64,000 nucleotides of DNA from Vitrella brassicaformis CCMP3155 (GCA_001179505.1 CDMY01000254.1:62001-126000), one strand, 5' to 3'. Counted from the first letter of the stretch, positions 36,652 to 48,730 are shown. The notes: generated by a model not told the origin, from the sequence alone. Program-made: numbers and translations.

Positions 36652-38042
36652 ATGTGGAGCCGGTCCGCTTGTCGTCTTTTGAGAGGCTGCGCAACTCACT
36701 CGTCAACAGCGCAGTCATCGGTGGCCGCATGCCAAGCAGCGACGGACTCGGCTCATCGTCTGGGTGTGACCAGCCTGCTCGTGGGTGCATCCGTCTGTGT
36801 GGGAGGCGCGGCGTGGTGGGAGAGGCAGCGGTATCGTCAGAGTGGGAGAGTGGCGCGCTGTGACATCAACACCAATGCCAATGCCAACGCCAACAATCAC
36901 CGGAACCCGCTGTGGCGGAGCCAGGAGCGCAAGCCCATCGAGAAGAAGATCGAGGAGTCGCTCATCTTGTCGGGCAACTCGAATGTGCCTCTGGCTGAGG
37001 GCATCGCCAACCACCTGGGCAAGAAGCTCGGCTCCATCCAGCTCAAGCGGTTCGCCGACGGGGAGGTGTCGCTGCAGATCATGGACTCTTTGCGCGGCAA
37101 GGACGTGTACCTCATCCAGCCCACATCGCCGCCCGTCAACGAGCACCTGATGGAGCTGCTCCTCATGATCAGCACATGCCGCCGCTCGTCAGCCAAGAAG
37201 ATCACCGCCGTCATCCCCTACTACGGCTACGCCAGGCAGGACCGCAAGCTCAGCAGCCGCGTGCCCATTTCTGCCGCCGACGTGGCCCGGCTGATCGAGA
37301 CCATGGGTGTCGACCGGGTCGTCGCCGTCGACCTGCATTGCGGCCAGATCCAGGGCTTCTTCGGTCCTCGAGTGCCCGTCGATAACCTCGAGGCACAGAT
37401 CATCGGACTCGAGTATTTTTTGAACAAGAACCTCCAGAAGCCCATCATCGTGTCACCCGACGCAGGTGGCGTCTACCGCGCGCGCAAGTTCCAGGAGGGG
37501 CTGATCTCACGGGGCATGGACGACGTCGGCATCGCCATGCTCATCAAGCAGCGTGCGGGAGCCAACAAGATCGACAGGATGGACCTCGTCGGGTCCGTCA
37601 GGGGTTCGGATGTCATCATCGTGGGTAAGCTAAATCGCACGCAAGGTGGGTGGGAGAACCGTGACATGTCTGTTGTGACATTCAGATGATATGATCGACA
37701 CTGCGGGCACGTTGTGTGAGGCTGCTCGCGAGCTGCGGAAGCACGGGGCACGCCGCGTGTTCGCCTTCGCTACACACGGCCTGTTCAGCGGACCTGCACT
37801 CGACAGAATCGAGGTTCGCACACATTGACCAAGGCGAATGAAGACACATTACACACTGATGGTGTTTTCTTCAGGCGTCTCCTTTGGAGGAGGTGGTGGT
37901 CACGGATTCGATCCCGTCCAACGACCGTGTGAGAAAGTGCACCCGCATCACGCAGCTCAGCATTGCGGTGCTCGTTGCCGACGCCATACGAAGGATCCAC
38001 CAGAAGGAGTCCCTCCATGACCTCTTCCACACCCGAGCATGA
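36652..38042 (+). CDS. PRPS: Ribose-phosphate pyrophosphokinase (PRPP synthetase) with N-terminal presequence and TM segment
   Basis: [56 protein letters not shown] and ATHGLFSG. Two introns near the 3' end. Confidence 0.95.
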
Positions 38043-38718
38043 GGATCCACGCATGAGGTGAGGAAATGAACATTGAGCGAGCACTCACCTGATGCGATCT
38101 GTTCCTGTCGTTTCCCAGGATGCGATTGAGAGAATGCGACGAGGAAGGTGTTGCCGCATCGATGGTGATGAGGTGTCTGACAGGGCCATGACTCGATATG
38201 GTGTGGATGCATGCAGAGGGCATCCAGTGGAATGGCATGCATGTCGTGTGTGCATGTGCGGCTGTGGGTGCATACGAGATGTGTTTCTGTGTTCGTCGGT
38301 CGGTTGGTGTAGTCACTGCAGACTCGAAGGGACATAACGTGATCGTTACGGATTGAATCAGACTCCGTTCGTGGCTCTGTTCACACGTCGCACACAACCG
38401 ACGACCAAGCGAGACACAATCACTTTGCGTCTTCTTTTGCCAACCAAGAGACGGTCATTCCGAGAAACATTCCCAACGAGAACTCCCCGACAAACATCCC
38501 AACGCATGAATCCATCAGCCACACATGAATGCATTCATCCATACCGACCAGCAGATTGTGGTGCGCCTTTAGATCGCACAGACAGACAGACAGACAGACG
38601 AAGACAGACACATCAACCAATCAACCCAACGTATCCAAATAAAAAAGCCCTTCGCACTTTCTTGTGATCACTGGAAGCCGCGTTTGAGAAGAGAAAAACA
38701 TAATTAAAAAAAAAAACA

Positions 38719-40269
38719 ATGGAGATGACTCCCTTTTGCTTTACAGAATTTGAGGCACGATTTATACTGTCATGTGACCGAGCATCGGTGGTATGGGAGG
38801 TGCAAGCAACGAGTAAGTATATATCCGAGCACAAGTGCATGTTGCCGCTCCACTCTGACTGTGGCTGTTTTATCTGCAGCGCCGACCCCGGCTGGCTTCG
38901 ATCGGCTCAGGCTTCATCGACAAGGGCACGCGGATGGTCAGAGGAGGAGGACAAGGCGCTCCGCGAGCTCCATGACACCATGACGAAGGATGGCGGCGTC
39001 ATCAGGTCAGATACAGACTCATGGTTGGTGGCTGACGATGGTGGCTGTTTGGTTCTCGTCAGATATGAGGCGCTGCGTGAGCAATTGGCGGCAAAGGGCT
39101 ACAAGCGTGAGGAGCCGGAGATCTGCTTTCGCTGGATACTCCTGGACAAGCTTTTGGCACTAGCGGGTCCTGCGACAGCAAGGCGTTCCGGTCGTCACTG
39201 GACACGAGCAGAAGTAGAGGAACTCCTCCACGGCGTACACTGCAACATCCCGTAAGCTGCACCCATTCAATTCATGACAACGAGTTGTCCTCATTTGGTC
39301 GTATCAGGAGGGATGTCATTGCAGCGGGGCTGCGCAGAAGCGTGTCGGCGTGTCTGCAAAGGTGCGCTCTCTATCGATCTTCCGCTGACGAACTCCGCCT
39401 GGCCCGTCACTCCATCTTTTGGCTTCCATCGGACCTGGAGCTGCTCAAGACAATGCGTCAGGAGGGACTCAAGTAAGCAAACAGTACCACCACAGTCATT
39501 GTCTGATGTTTGCTGCTTCTCCCTGTGTCATGTGTGTCCATGCAGGTGGTCTGCCATCGCCATGGAGCTGGGTCGGTCTGAGGCTGCCTGCAAGCTCAAG
39601 TACTACAAGGAGGTGCCGCCTGAGGAGAGGGACCGGGCGGCCGGTCGCTGGAGCGTCGCTGATGTCCAGCGGCTAAAGGAGTTGTACGGGAGGCGGCGCG
39701 AGTATGCTTACACCACTTCCAAATCGACAGCCTCTTACCTGAGTGTCTCCCTGTGTCATGTGTGTCCATCTAGGTGGTCTGCCATCGCCATCGAGCTGGG
39801 TCGGTCTGAGGGTGCCTGCAGGTTGAAGTACAACAGGGAGGTTCCGCCAGAGATGAGGAGGAGGGCTGCGCCATCCTCTCTCTCTTCCCCCTCTTCATCG
39901 GCAGCCGTCCCACATCCGTCACCCTCAGGCGTCCCCAGCATCGTGGACTGGGGACCGGGAAGGGACCTCTGCGGGTCCCTTCCCGGTGCCCAGGCCGCCC
40001 TTCTCTGCGGGTCCCTCCCCGCCACCAACGCTGACGGGACAGCCATCCCAATTGGTCCCGGTGATCCCGCCGCTGCCTCTAACCGCTCCGCCGCCCTACC
40101 TCCAGACCTATCTCCAGTCGCGCTGTATCGTCCAAGATCGCAAAAGGCCAGCAGAACCGCAATTGAGTCGGGGCCCTCAGACCAAGCGGTCACGCATTCA
40201 TTGGATAGAAGAACGGTGGAAGGTTCCATGCACCGAGTCTGCTTCTGTGTCCGGGGGACAGGTGGCTGA
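38719..40269 (+). CDS. Myb/SANT-repeat protein
   Basis: WSEEEDKALREL, HWTRAEVEELL, RWSAIAMELGRSEAACKLKY, RWSVADVQRLKEL and RWSAIAIELGRSEGACRLKY; Pro/Ser-rich tail. Confidence 0.75.
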
Positions 40270-40299
40270 CATCCATCCGTCCACCTGACCAGTGAATCA

Positions 40300-40672
40300 A
40301 TCAGTCAATCACCGGTGACCCGGTGACGTGTGACGGTGTGTGGGGACACGATGCCAACGTGTTCATCGCCCACATGGCTCATGCGCTGTTGGAGAAGGAG
40401 GGGTGGAAGGGTCGGGGGTTCAGTCATGTGTCTGGATGGATTCGCTCTCGCTTGTCTATCGCCCTCGCGCGTGCGACTAGCTTCTGTCTGCGTGGGGGAG
40501 GGAGGGGAGGGTTTGCGGGACTGGGGTGTGCTGATGGGGCGGGGATTGATCCCTCCTCCCCTTGAGCCTGTTTGAGTCTGCGTGCTGATGGGACTGTATT
40601 TGTATGAGTATCACGGACACACAGACGAGTGTTACGGTTAATGACAGTTTCCCCCCCCCATCAGTCAATCAC
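40300..40672 (+). mobile_element. 347-bp 5'-truncated CRE-like non-LTR retrotransposon (40313-40659) flanked by a 13-bp TSD ATCAGTCAATCAC
   Basis: Translation PVTCDGVWGHDANVFIAHMAHALLEKEGWKGRGFSHVSGWIRSRLSIALARATSFCLRG matches the C-terminus of CRE-clade ORFs. TSD at 40300-40312 and 40660-40672. The 3' 108 bp is identical to the copy at 19925. Confidence 0.8.
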
Positions 40673-40870
40673 TGAATCACTCAGCCGCGGCCGTCTCGCC
40701 GGCTAGAGCTTCTTCTGTCCCAGCAGTGCTGAGCAGTGCGGGAGAGCTCCAGTATCTCTCCCGCCGCACTATTTATGGACACCTAACACTTTCTGACTGC
40801 ATGCACCGTCGCGTCAGTTACACGAGCGCGCCCATATAAAAGTATGGAATAGGCACATCGATTCCCATTC

Positions 40871-43301
40871 ATGAATTCCCTTCGGAGACTGTTTCCATCT
40901 CGGTGCTTCTGCTCTGCATCCGGGGCTGTCCGTGCTGATTCGTCCCTCCTCATCACGTCCACTCATGAGGGTCTCGAGAAGGCATTGGTTGCAGAGATAG
41001 CCGAGATCCAGAGAACGGCGAGGACGCCATGTCCCCCGATCCACAGCTGCGCCCTGCGCGAAAGTCCATGTGGCTTCTTGCGCGGCGTTCACATGGTGCC
41101 CTCAGCGGATCCTTCATCGACTCCGGCGCTGTCAACGGCAACGTGGGTGGAGATCAGCCATTATCTGGCGCTCTGGAGTCGCGTTGCTGAGCACATTTGG
41201 CTGCTTCTCGGCGGATCTACTTGTGTTAACGAGATGCAGCTTCTGGATTGCGTCACCTCCCTTCCATGGACATCGCTGGTTCCTTTTACTGGAGCTATTC
41301 CTCGAGTGCTGGTGCGGAGCTATCGATCGAGGCTTTGGGATGGTCCTCGTCTGTCGTCCATTGTACGTGAGGCACTTATGCGCTTCCCACATCAACCAAG
41401 CTGCGATGATGCAGTCGTGTCTTCGGAGGAGTGCCTAGTATTGGTGACACTGGAGCACAACGAAGCCCGCATATGGCTGCACATGGCGGGACAGCTCACA
41501 CCGAGGCCCTTCAATTACATGCGAAAGCGGCCCACCGTCACACCTACCGACCATGAGACGACGGAAGCTGCAGCGAGCGCAACAGAGAAAGCCCGGAGCG
41601 ACCCACCTATGTGGTCGTTACTTGAAGCCGCCAGATACGGGAAGGAGGCCAGCCGCTACACCTACTTGCCACCACCTCAATGGTACCCAGATCCACTTGG
41701 GAAAGGCAAGCTGACATACTTCAAACGGCGTCGATTGCAACGAGAAGCCGCTGAACGACAGGATTTGCAGGCTGAAGACCGAGGCAATGGGGAAGGAGCG
41801 GTGGCTGCTTCAAGCAGCCCTGAGAGGAATGTCAATTCGTCACTACTGCGATCTCGTCGTGGCTATCAACGTGCGGAGGTCTGGAATTGGGAGACTCCTG
41901 AGCCTGTCGCAGCTGCGCTACTTCGGTATACGGCTTTGCCACAGTGGTGTCACAATGTGCTCAGTGAGGGGCCGAGGCGAGTGACTACAAGTCAGTCCAT
42001 CGATGAACGCCTAGTGGTAAGGAGAGAGGCGGGGTGATTGTGGGTAGTGGTGGTGGTGGATTGCCTTTGATGTTCCTAGGTGTGGGACCCCTTTTGTAGC
42101 AGTGGCAGTCTTCTTCTTGAGGTGCTCGCGTATGTAGCTGGATTGCCTGTTTCCACTCCAGAACACCCATGGACAGCGCAACGGCTGCTACTGAGGGACG
42201 AGTGGGTGGGTATGCGACAGTGGCTCGAAGAGAACCGCGACGGTTGGTGGCCGACCGATGCAGCGGCAAAACTACTCGCTCGTCTGACTCTTGTGGGGTC
42301 AGACCATCGTTCCCTTCCTGTCATTCATGTGAGAAGCCGAACAATGTTGCATGCAGGCCACAGTCACATTGCCTTTGCTCTTTCTTGTTCTTACTTCAGG
42401 CCCGCCGTCGCCTTCATTCCTTCCTGCAATACTATGATGAAGCAGGGCTTCTTCCGCGACCCACGGAGGCGTCAACACGAGAGAGTACACCGTCTGCATC
42501 AGTCGTGCGGCCGGATGGCACCGGCCCTCGCGTGATCAGACACGTATGCTCACTCGGACATACAGCGCAGCACCCTCTAGGTCCTGCCATCCCTACATCA
42601 TCTTCTGGAGAGCCTCGTCAGTCGCCAAGCCTCAAGGTGCCGCTGAACGCCGTAAGCTATGCATTGAAGGATGACCCAGAATGGAATTCAAGGTAAGGAA
42701 ATAATGGATGCAGGAATGACTCAAGCTACTACACTTTGGTCCACGAAATGCATTGACTGCAGGTTTGGCGCGGACATCTCCATCCATCGTGTGGGATTCT
42801 CACAGCTGGCTCCGTTCATCAAAACGCCTCTCATCCTCACACGGATCCCATCTGTCACGTGCGATGTAAGCGAGTGTAAGTAAGATGTGAATCAATCGGG
42901 CAGGCCAATGCGTGGAGGATCCAATTCTGTTGTGTATGTGTGTACCTGCAGCGTGGTTTGGTATCGAGCAAGATGCTGATGCTCTACGAGCAATTCGGCC
43001 AGCTTCTTATGTCCAGGCCGGACTGGAGGGGCGTGTATGTCATCGCACAGGTTCGTTGGTAGAGTGCCGCGTGGTGTAATGGATTCGATTCGCATTGGTT
43101 GCCTGTCCTTGTTCTTCAGGGCAAGACATTCATGAACTACTCACGTCTTGCGTGGGAGGATCTCGCTACCATCACTGACGGAAAGGGACGAAAGATGAAA
43201 CTGCTCAGGTCCGTCAGAGAAGCGGCTCACTCACCTGCTCCCTTCCAATCACACTCGTCATTGACCACTTGTCGTGCTGTTTTAGGTGGAGGGCTAAGTA
43301 G
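40871..43301 (+). CDS. THUMP + RlmL/RlmK(UPF0020)-like RNA methyltransferase homolog, probably mitochondrial
   Basis: Leader MNSLRRLFPSRCFCSAS. Exons TSTHEGLEKALVAEI, LALWSRVAEHIWLLL, ETPEPVAAALL, WDPFCSSGSLLLEVL, LVGSD and LMLYEQFGQLLMSRPDWRGVYVI. 3' exons approximate. Confidence 0.65.
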
Positions 43302-45004
43302 ACAGCGTCGGCCAATCAAAGAGATGTATGGGACCCCACGCGAACGCGTGTCGGCGAACTGTTACGAGGGGGGAGGGGCCCCCGAGTAATGGGAGGCTAT
43401 CGGCCAGACGGAGAGCATAGGAAAAATGTCGGGCAACAAATAAAGACATGTTTTTCGAGAGTAATTTTTTTCGTTCCGAGGTTGGTTATGTATCCCAGAA
43501 GGGTCAGACAAGCGGACAACGTTGGAGGCTGTCGTGGAAGCTACGCATGGTGCACAGAAACTCGATTTGCTGCAAGTTTATCGTTCTGTTTGCTGAGTAT
43601 ATGCGGCGATTGTTGCGGGATGGGGAGGCTACAGCTACACAAGCTTTGACGAGAGAAGCGATTCAAATCCCCCCCTTTTGAATGGGGGGGGGCGGGGGCC
43701 TGGTAAGAATTCAAGGCAGAAAGATGATGGGCAGGAAGAAGGACGGCAGGCATTGGCAGCTGTGGCAAAGCGTTTTCGAGGGAGACTGCAGTGCGCGCTT
43801 GGGCGCCCGGGGCGTCTGAAATTGACGTTTATCTGTGGTTCAGTGACCATTGTTGTCGTATGCTCTCTTGTGGCTCGATAAACTGGTGGATACGCTCAGT
43901 CGCCCATGACGAAGACATCGAGAAATGGCTCAGCTTCTCATTGATTTCGCATCACCAAGGCACGTCCGGCTTGCGCCTGCCTCTGCGGAGGCCACAGACT
44001 TACAGAACAATCACGTATGGCCATCTTTGCACTGATTGATTTGTCGTATTGTGTTCGCAGGATGTCGATTAGAGAGGTTGTCGACTATTATCGGCATTTC
44101 CCATTCACAAGGTAAAGATGAAGCCTACACAACCGTGCGCTAGTATGGGCTGTCAAGATGCAGCTACAGCAGGAGAAGGGCCTCCTCGCCTCAAAGAAAA
44201 CTGTCACCCATCAGTCGACCAAGATGGAGGACAACCGTACACTGTCTCTATTCCTTGAGTTTTGCGCATTTTTACAATGGACACTCTTCTGACTTCCTCT
44301 TCCTCCCTGCCCTCGTGCGCCTAGCCACACACTCCTTATCCTTCCTGTCCTTGGCGCTCTAACGACAGTATGGAGGACGCGACTCTGCACTTGGATTTTC
44401 CGTGGGGACACTCATATTATGCCCGAGTGCCCTTTCTGACTGTTAATGTATGGCTTGCAGTGTGCGTGCAGGCCCTTTCGACCAGTGGCCGTTACGGTTT
44501 CTCGAAAGAGAATGGCGGATCACGCGGCGACCACTGCGAGTGGCGTTGTTGTTGATCAGCTCCTCATTGCCGTTGCCGTTCACCTCGTCACTGTTGTCCT
44601 CCTGGCCAACGGTATTGTTGCTTCGAGGCGAGCACCAGTGTGTCGGCCGAGGAGCTGTCAATGCTAACAGAAATGGGCCTGGGATGGCAAAAGGCGAGGT
44701 GACAGAGGCCTTCAGGAGCATACTCATCAACATCCTGCTCACCAAGCTTTGCAAGAGCTGACCACACGAGACACAAGATGGAAAGACAATGAGACAAGCC
44801 TCTCAATCTTGCATCGATGCATGTATGCAGGCTGGCTATTGTAGTAGATGCTCACACATAAATAGAAAGAGCACGTAGCCAAAAATATTGAAAGAGTTCG
44901 ACACTAGTGTGCTGAATTCGGGACTATCGGGTATGAGTCACTATAGCTACAAGTTCAAATGATGACAACAAAGCGACAGGAGACGGGGGGGGGGGGGGGG
45001 GGAA

Positions 45005-45304
45005 NNNNNNNNNNNNNNNNNNNNNNNNNNNNNNNNNNNNNNNNNNNNNNNNNNNNNNNNNNNNNNNNNNNNNNNNNNNNNNNNNNNNNNNNNNNNNNNN
45101 NNNNNNNNNNNNNNNNNNNNNNNNNNNNNNNNNNNNNNNNNNNNNNNNNNNNNNNNNNNNNNNNNNNNNNNNNNNNNNNNNNNNNNNNNNNNNNNNNNNN
45201 NNNNNNNNNNNNNNNNNNNNNNNNNNNNNNNNNNNNNNNNNNNNNNNNNNNNNNNNNNNNNNNNNNNNNNNNNNNNNNNNNNNNNNNNNNNNNNNNNNNN
45301 NNNN
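45005..45304. other. Assembly gap (300 N) flanked by poly-G
   Basis: Direct reading. Confidence 0.99.
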
Positions 45305-45600
45305 GGGGGAGACTCAACGCCGACTTGTGCCTGTCCGCCTCCGAGCTCACCAAAGCTCGCCACCGTCCTCTTCGATCTGCCGCCCGGCCGACGTGCATGG
45401 CTGCGGCTGACCTGAGTGTGGTGGGCGGTGGACCACCGTGACGTCGGACAGGACACCTTCGCCGTCGATGGGGAAGAAGAGGTCCATGCGCTGACTGTTG
45501 GGCTGGGCGTTTGGGGGGGTTGATATCGAGAGAGCGCAGGGGCACTTCTGTGACAGCCGCGATGCCCACCTTCGCAAGGATGGCACCCCGTGGAAACCTC
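45305..45600 (-). mobile_element. Degraded RLE endonuclease fragment of a non-LTR retrotransposon
   Basis: Across frameshifts: AILAKVGIAAVTEVP...SQRMDLFFPIDGEGVLSDVTVVH(P)...SAAAMHVGRAADRR, fitting the R.D...DV.V..P RLE motif. Confidence 0.55.
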
Positions 45601-46168
45601 TTCCTCTGACCGCGCATTTTTCAAACGTCTCAAATGTGCCGAATATTTATTCCGGCAAACCGCCGAAAAATATTTAAAACAGGGCAAATAAATAAAAAAT
45701 CAAGGAGGAATTAGGAAAAAAAAGAGAAACAAGGATTCTGAAAAACTGCGAAAAAGGAGAAATAAAAAACAGGCCGGACAGCTGTGTCCAATGCCATTTT
45801 CTTCTCTCACAAACCAATGTCCTTCACACATCGAGGTGGATAGCATCGTTTGTATAATCCACACAGTCGGTCCATTTGCCCTCACACTTACGCACACATA
45901 CGCACGCACACAGAAGACCATGCAGAAGACAGACATAGGATTACACACACCAAATAGAGACAATTCGTACAGACAAACAGCCAGACAGTGTTGGCAGAGG
46001 TATCACATTCATTCACAGAGACAGACAGTTGGGGCTGGTACGTACATGAACCAGCAATTAATCAACCAATCAATCAATCAACCAATCGATCAACCATTTT
46101 CCTCGATTTTTCCGGTGTCTCGGTGATGTGACTCAGGGGGCTTGGCCCCCCCCCCCCCCCCCCCCCCC

Positions 46169-46468
46169 NNNNNNNNNNNNNNNNNNNNNNNNNNNNNNNN
46201 NNNNNNNNNNNNNNNNNNNNNNNNNNNNNNNNNNNNNNNNNNNNNNNNNNNNNNNNNNNNNNNNNNNNNNNNNNNNNNNNNNNNNNNNNNNNNNNNNNNN
46301 NNNNNNNNNNNNNNNNNNNNNNNNNNNNNNNNNNNNNNNNNNNNNNNNNNNNNNNNNNNNNNNNNNNNNNNNNNNNNNNNNNNNNNNNNNNNNNNNNNNN
46401 NNNNNNNNNNNNNNNNNNNNNNNNNNNNNNNNNNNNNNNNNNNNNNNNNNNNNNNNNNNNNNNNNNNN
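46169..46468. other. Assembly gap (300 N) flanked by poly-C
   Basis: Direct reading. Confidence 0.99.
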
Positions 46469-46570
46469 CCCCCCCCCCCCCCAATCTCCCTTTCTAAGAC
46501 GTCACAAACCCCTCGAAAAATCGAAGGAGTACTTTAAAAAATTCGCAAACAAAAAACCGGAGTCCTTTTG

Positions 46571-46684
46571 GGGGACAACCTGTTCCTCCGCAGCCGCGCG
46601 ACGGCGGAGCGCGTGTTCAAGCACAACACGCTCCTGGACGTCTTCAAGGCCATCCTTCACCCCGTGGAAGCCTCCTCCTTTTGA
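46571..46684 (+). mobile_element. Degraded zinc-knuckle region of an RLE retroelement
   Basis: GDNLFLRSRATAERVFKHNTLLDVFKAIL resembles GDH...C...ER..RHN.L.D.F..IL, which precedes the RLE domain. Confidence 0.45.
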
Positions 46685-46927
46685 TTTGAATTTTGCGCTT
46701 GTCACCTCGGTATATGCGGGGATGGCACAGAGGGCCCAAGGAGAGAAGGGCGTGAAACGCTTTGGCTAACGATCTTTGCGCGCGTCTTTGAATTCCGAAT
46801 TCCTCACCGAAAAGGGACCCTTGGGCGAGTCAGCCGCCGGTGGGCCGGCCCCGGTGACAGGCCGTCTTTTTCTCATCGTCCACAGGGCCCGGGCCGAGCC
46901 CGTGCGCCTTCAAGTTGGCGCCGAAAT

Positions 46928-47956
46928 ATGAGTTTTCCACTCCCCTCATCCCCACTCGCTCAGTGGGTGGGCACCAGGAGATTGTCTTTCTTCATTGGGA
47001 GTGGTACGGAGGGGGGGTAAACAGACCAGAACACGAATGCACTTCTCCATGTATTATCTGTGTCAGTGGTGCTTCTTTTTCTGCTTCCGAAGATGTGGCT
47101 ATTGTTGTTGAGGTGCCGGTCTGCCATAAAGCCGGAGGAGACCAATGCGCTGCGTGGCGCCTTCTCGTCAATCTACAGTTCGGCCAAATGGGGGAGGAAC
47201 AAGGACGGGAAGGGGCACAGCGGCGCGGGCAGCACCGAGGAGGCAACAGACAACTTTCGCCTGTTGCTGGAGGACTTTCTGCGACAGCGAAACATCAGGT
47301 CTGTCGTTGATGCGGGATGCGGCGACTGGTACAACAGAGACAGACAGACAGACAGACAGAGCACAGAGCCCCGCCCGCCATGCACGTCTATGTGCATTGC
47401 ATTGCAGGGAGTGGACACAGTTTGTGGATTGGCGTCCCGTAGAGGAATACACAGGTGTGGATGTGGTGCCGTCCGTCATTGCTCGCAATCAGGACTTGTA
47501 TAGCAGCCACAACAGGACTTTCCACGCGAGGAGCATCTTGAAAAGGGACAACCTGCCTCCTGCAGACGTGAAGAACCGACAGAAGAAGACCAATTACCAC
47601 ACATAACCTCTCTTTCCGGCTTCATTCTGTTGCAGCTGTTGATGTCCAAGGATGTGTTGCAGCACCTGCCTACACCGATGGTACACCAATTCATTGCGAA
47701 CCACCTCAGTGCTCACGACGGCCGATACAAGTACAAGTATGCCCTCTTGACTAACGATAGATGCAACGTGACAAGATTGCATCGCCGCTGCGTGGACAAT
47801 CGGGACCTGGGCCAGCCAGGCGGCTGGCGCGAGGTGAATCTGGCTCTCCCGCCCTTCTCTCTGCCGGCGTTTGACTTCTATCGGTGGCCTCACCATTGGT
47901 GGGATGACAACGAAAGGGAGAAGGTCACGGTGCTGATGGACTTCACTAGGGTATAG
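46928..47956 (+). CDS. Type II membrane class I SAM-dependent methyltransferase (bacterial-like family)
   Basis: MSFPLPSSPLAQWVGTRRLSFFIGS|VVLLFLLPKMWLLLL anchor. FSSIYSSAKWG...SGAGST...RSVVDAGCGDW|EW, YTGVDVV and LLMSKDVLQHLP. Three GT-AG introns restore the frame. Confidence 0.82.
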
Positions 47957-48730
47957 ACGTGCCCGAAAAACTAGGAGACAGCTGAGTAGTGCCACAACAT
48001 GTAGCGTCCAATACCGTCAGCGAATATTGCCGCCGATGTCGAGGACACGAAATGCGGCTGGCAAGTGGAGACATAATATATGACCCACCCGTTCATAGTT
48101 GGGCTTCGGAAGGTATGACTCTTTCGGCGTGTGGGCGCTGCCTCTGAAGTGGCTTCTTGTGCCAACTGCCCCCTTCACGACACTCAACGATGCTGTGCTT
48201 CGGACCTTCAGCGTCAGCCTCAGAGTCAGCCGGCAAAGCTCGAAAACTCAGAGTCAGCCCTGAAACTGGACTGTCAGGGGTGTGATTGATTGAAGGCTTA
48301 ATTTGAAGCTGCAGGAGGCGAATTGCCCAAGGTCTTTTCCTTTGAATATGCACCAAGCTGGTGGCAGCAAATATTGGACTCTCGTCGTGCGGCTGTTGCT
48401 TTGAATATGCCCTCGTACTCATAATCATCAGAATGATGAAAAAGCGAGTGATCTGCTTGCGTTCCATGAGGCAACGCCGAACTGCAAGGGACCAACGGCA
48501 ATTGCTGGAGATGAGTCATCTTCTCTTCCTCTCACCGAACACGTGCAGATACTGGCCATCACACTCAGAATCAAAAGAGGACGCGCCGTAAAAGGGAAGG
48601 TTTACACGACTGTCACAGCTCAGATCAGTTTCACGAAGTGTGCTCTAGGGGCTCTTCACTGCCTGACACCCCACAGCATATGACCACCCACCCATCCCCC
48701 TGACCACGTCTTGTCAATACCACTCCAGCC

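Noticed and set aside
43661-43692. Overlapping stems ATTCAAA/TTTGAAT and C7/G9 (pseudoknot-like)
   Set aside because: A zero-length connecting loop makes a pseudoknot implausible, and homopolymer pairing arises easily by chance.
43725-44761. Possible multi-exon plus-strand gene
   Set aside because: Splice-like signals exist, but I could not build one consistent frame or recognise a family.
45620-45790. A-rich purine-skewed tract and poly-G/poly-C next to the gaps
   Set aside because: Typical low-quality contig-end sequence; treated as an artefact.
48093-48467. 124-aa minus-strand ORF with a hydrophobic N-terminus
   Set aside because: No homology or splice support; may be UTR or intergenic.
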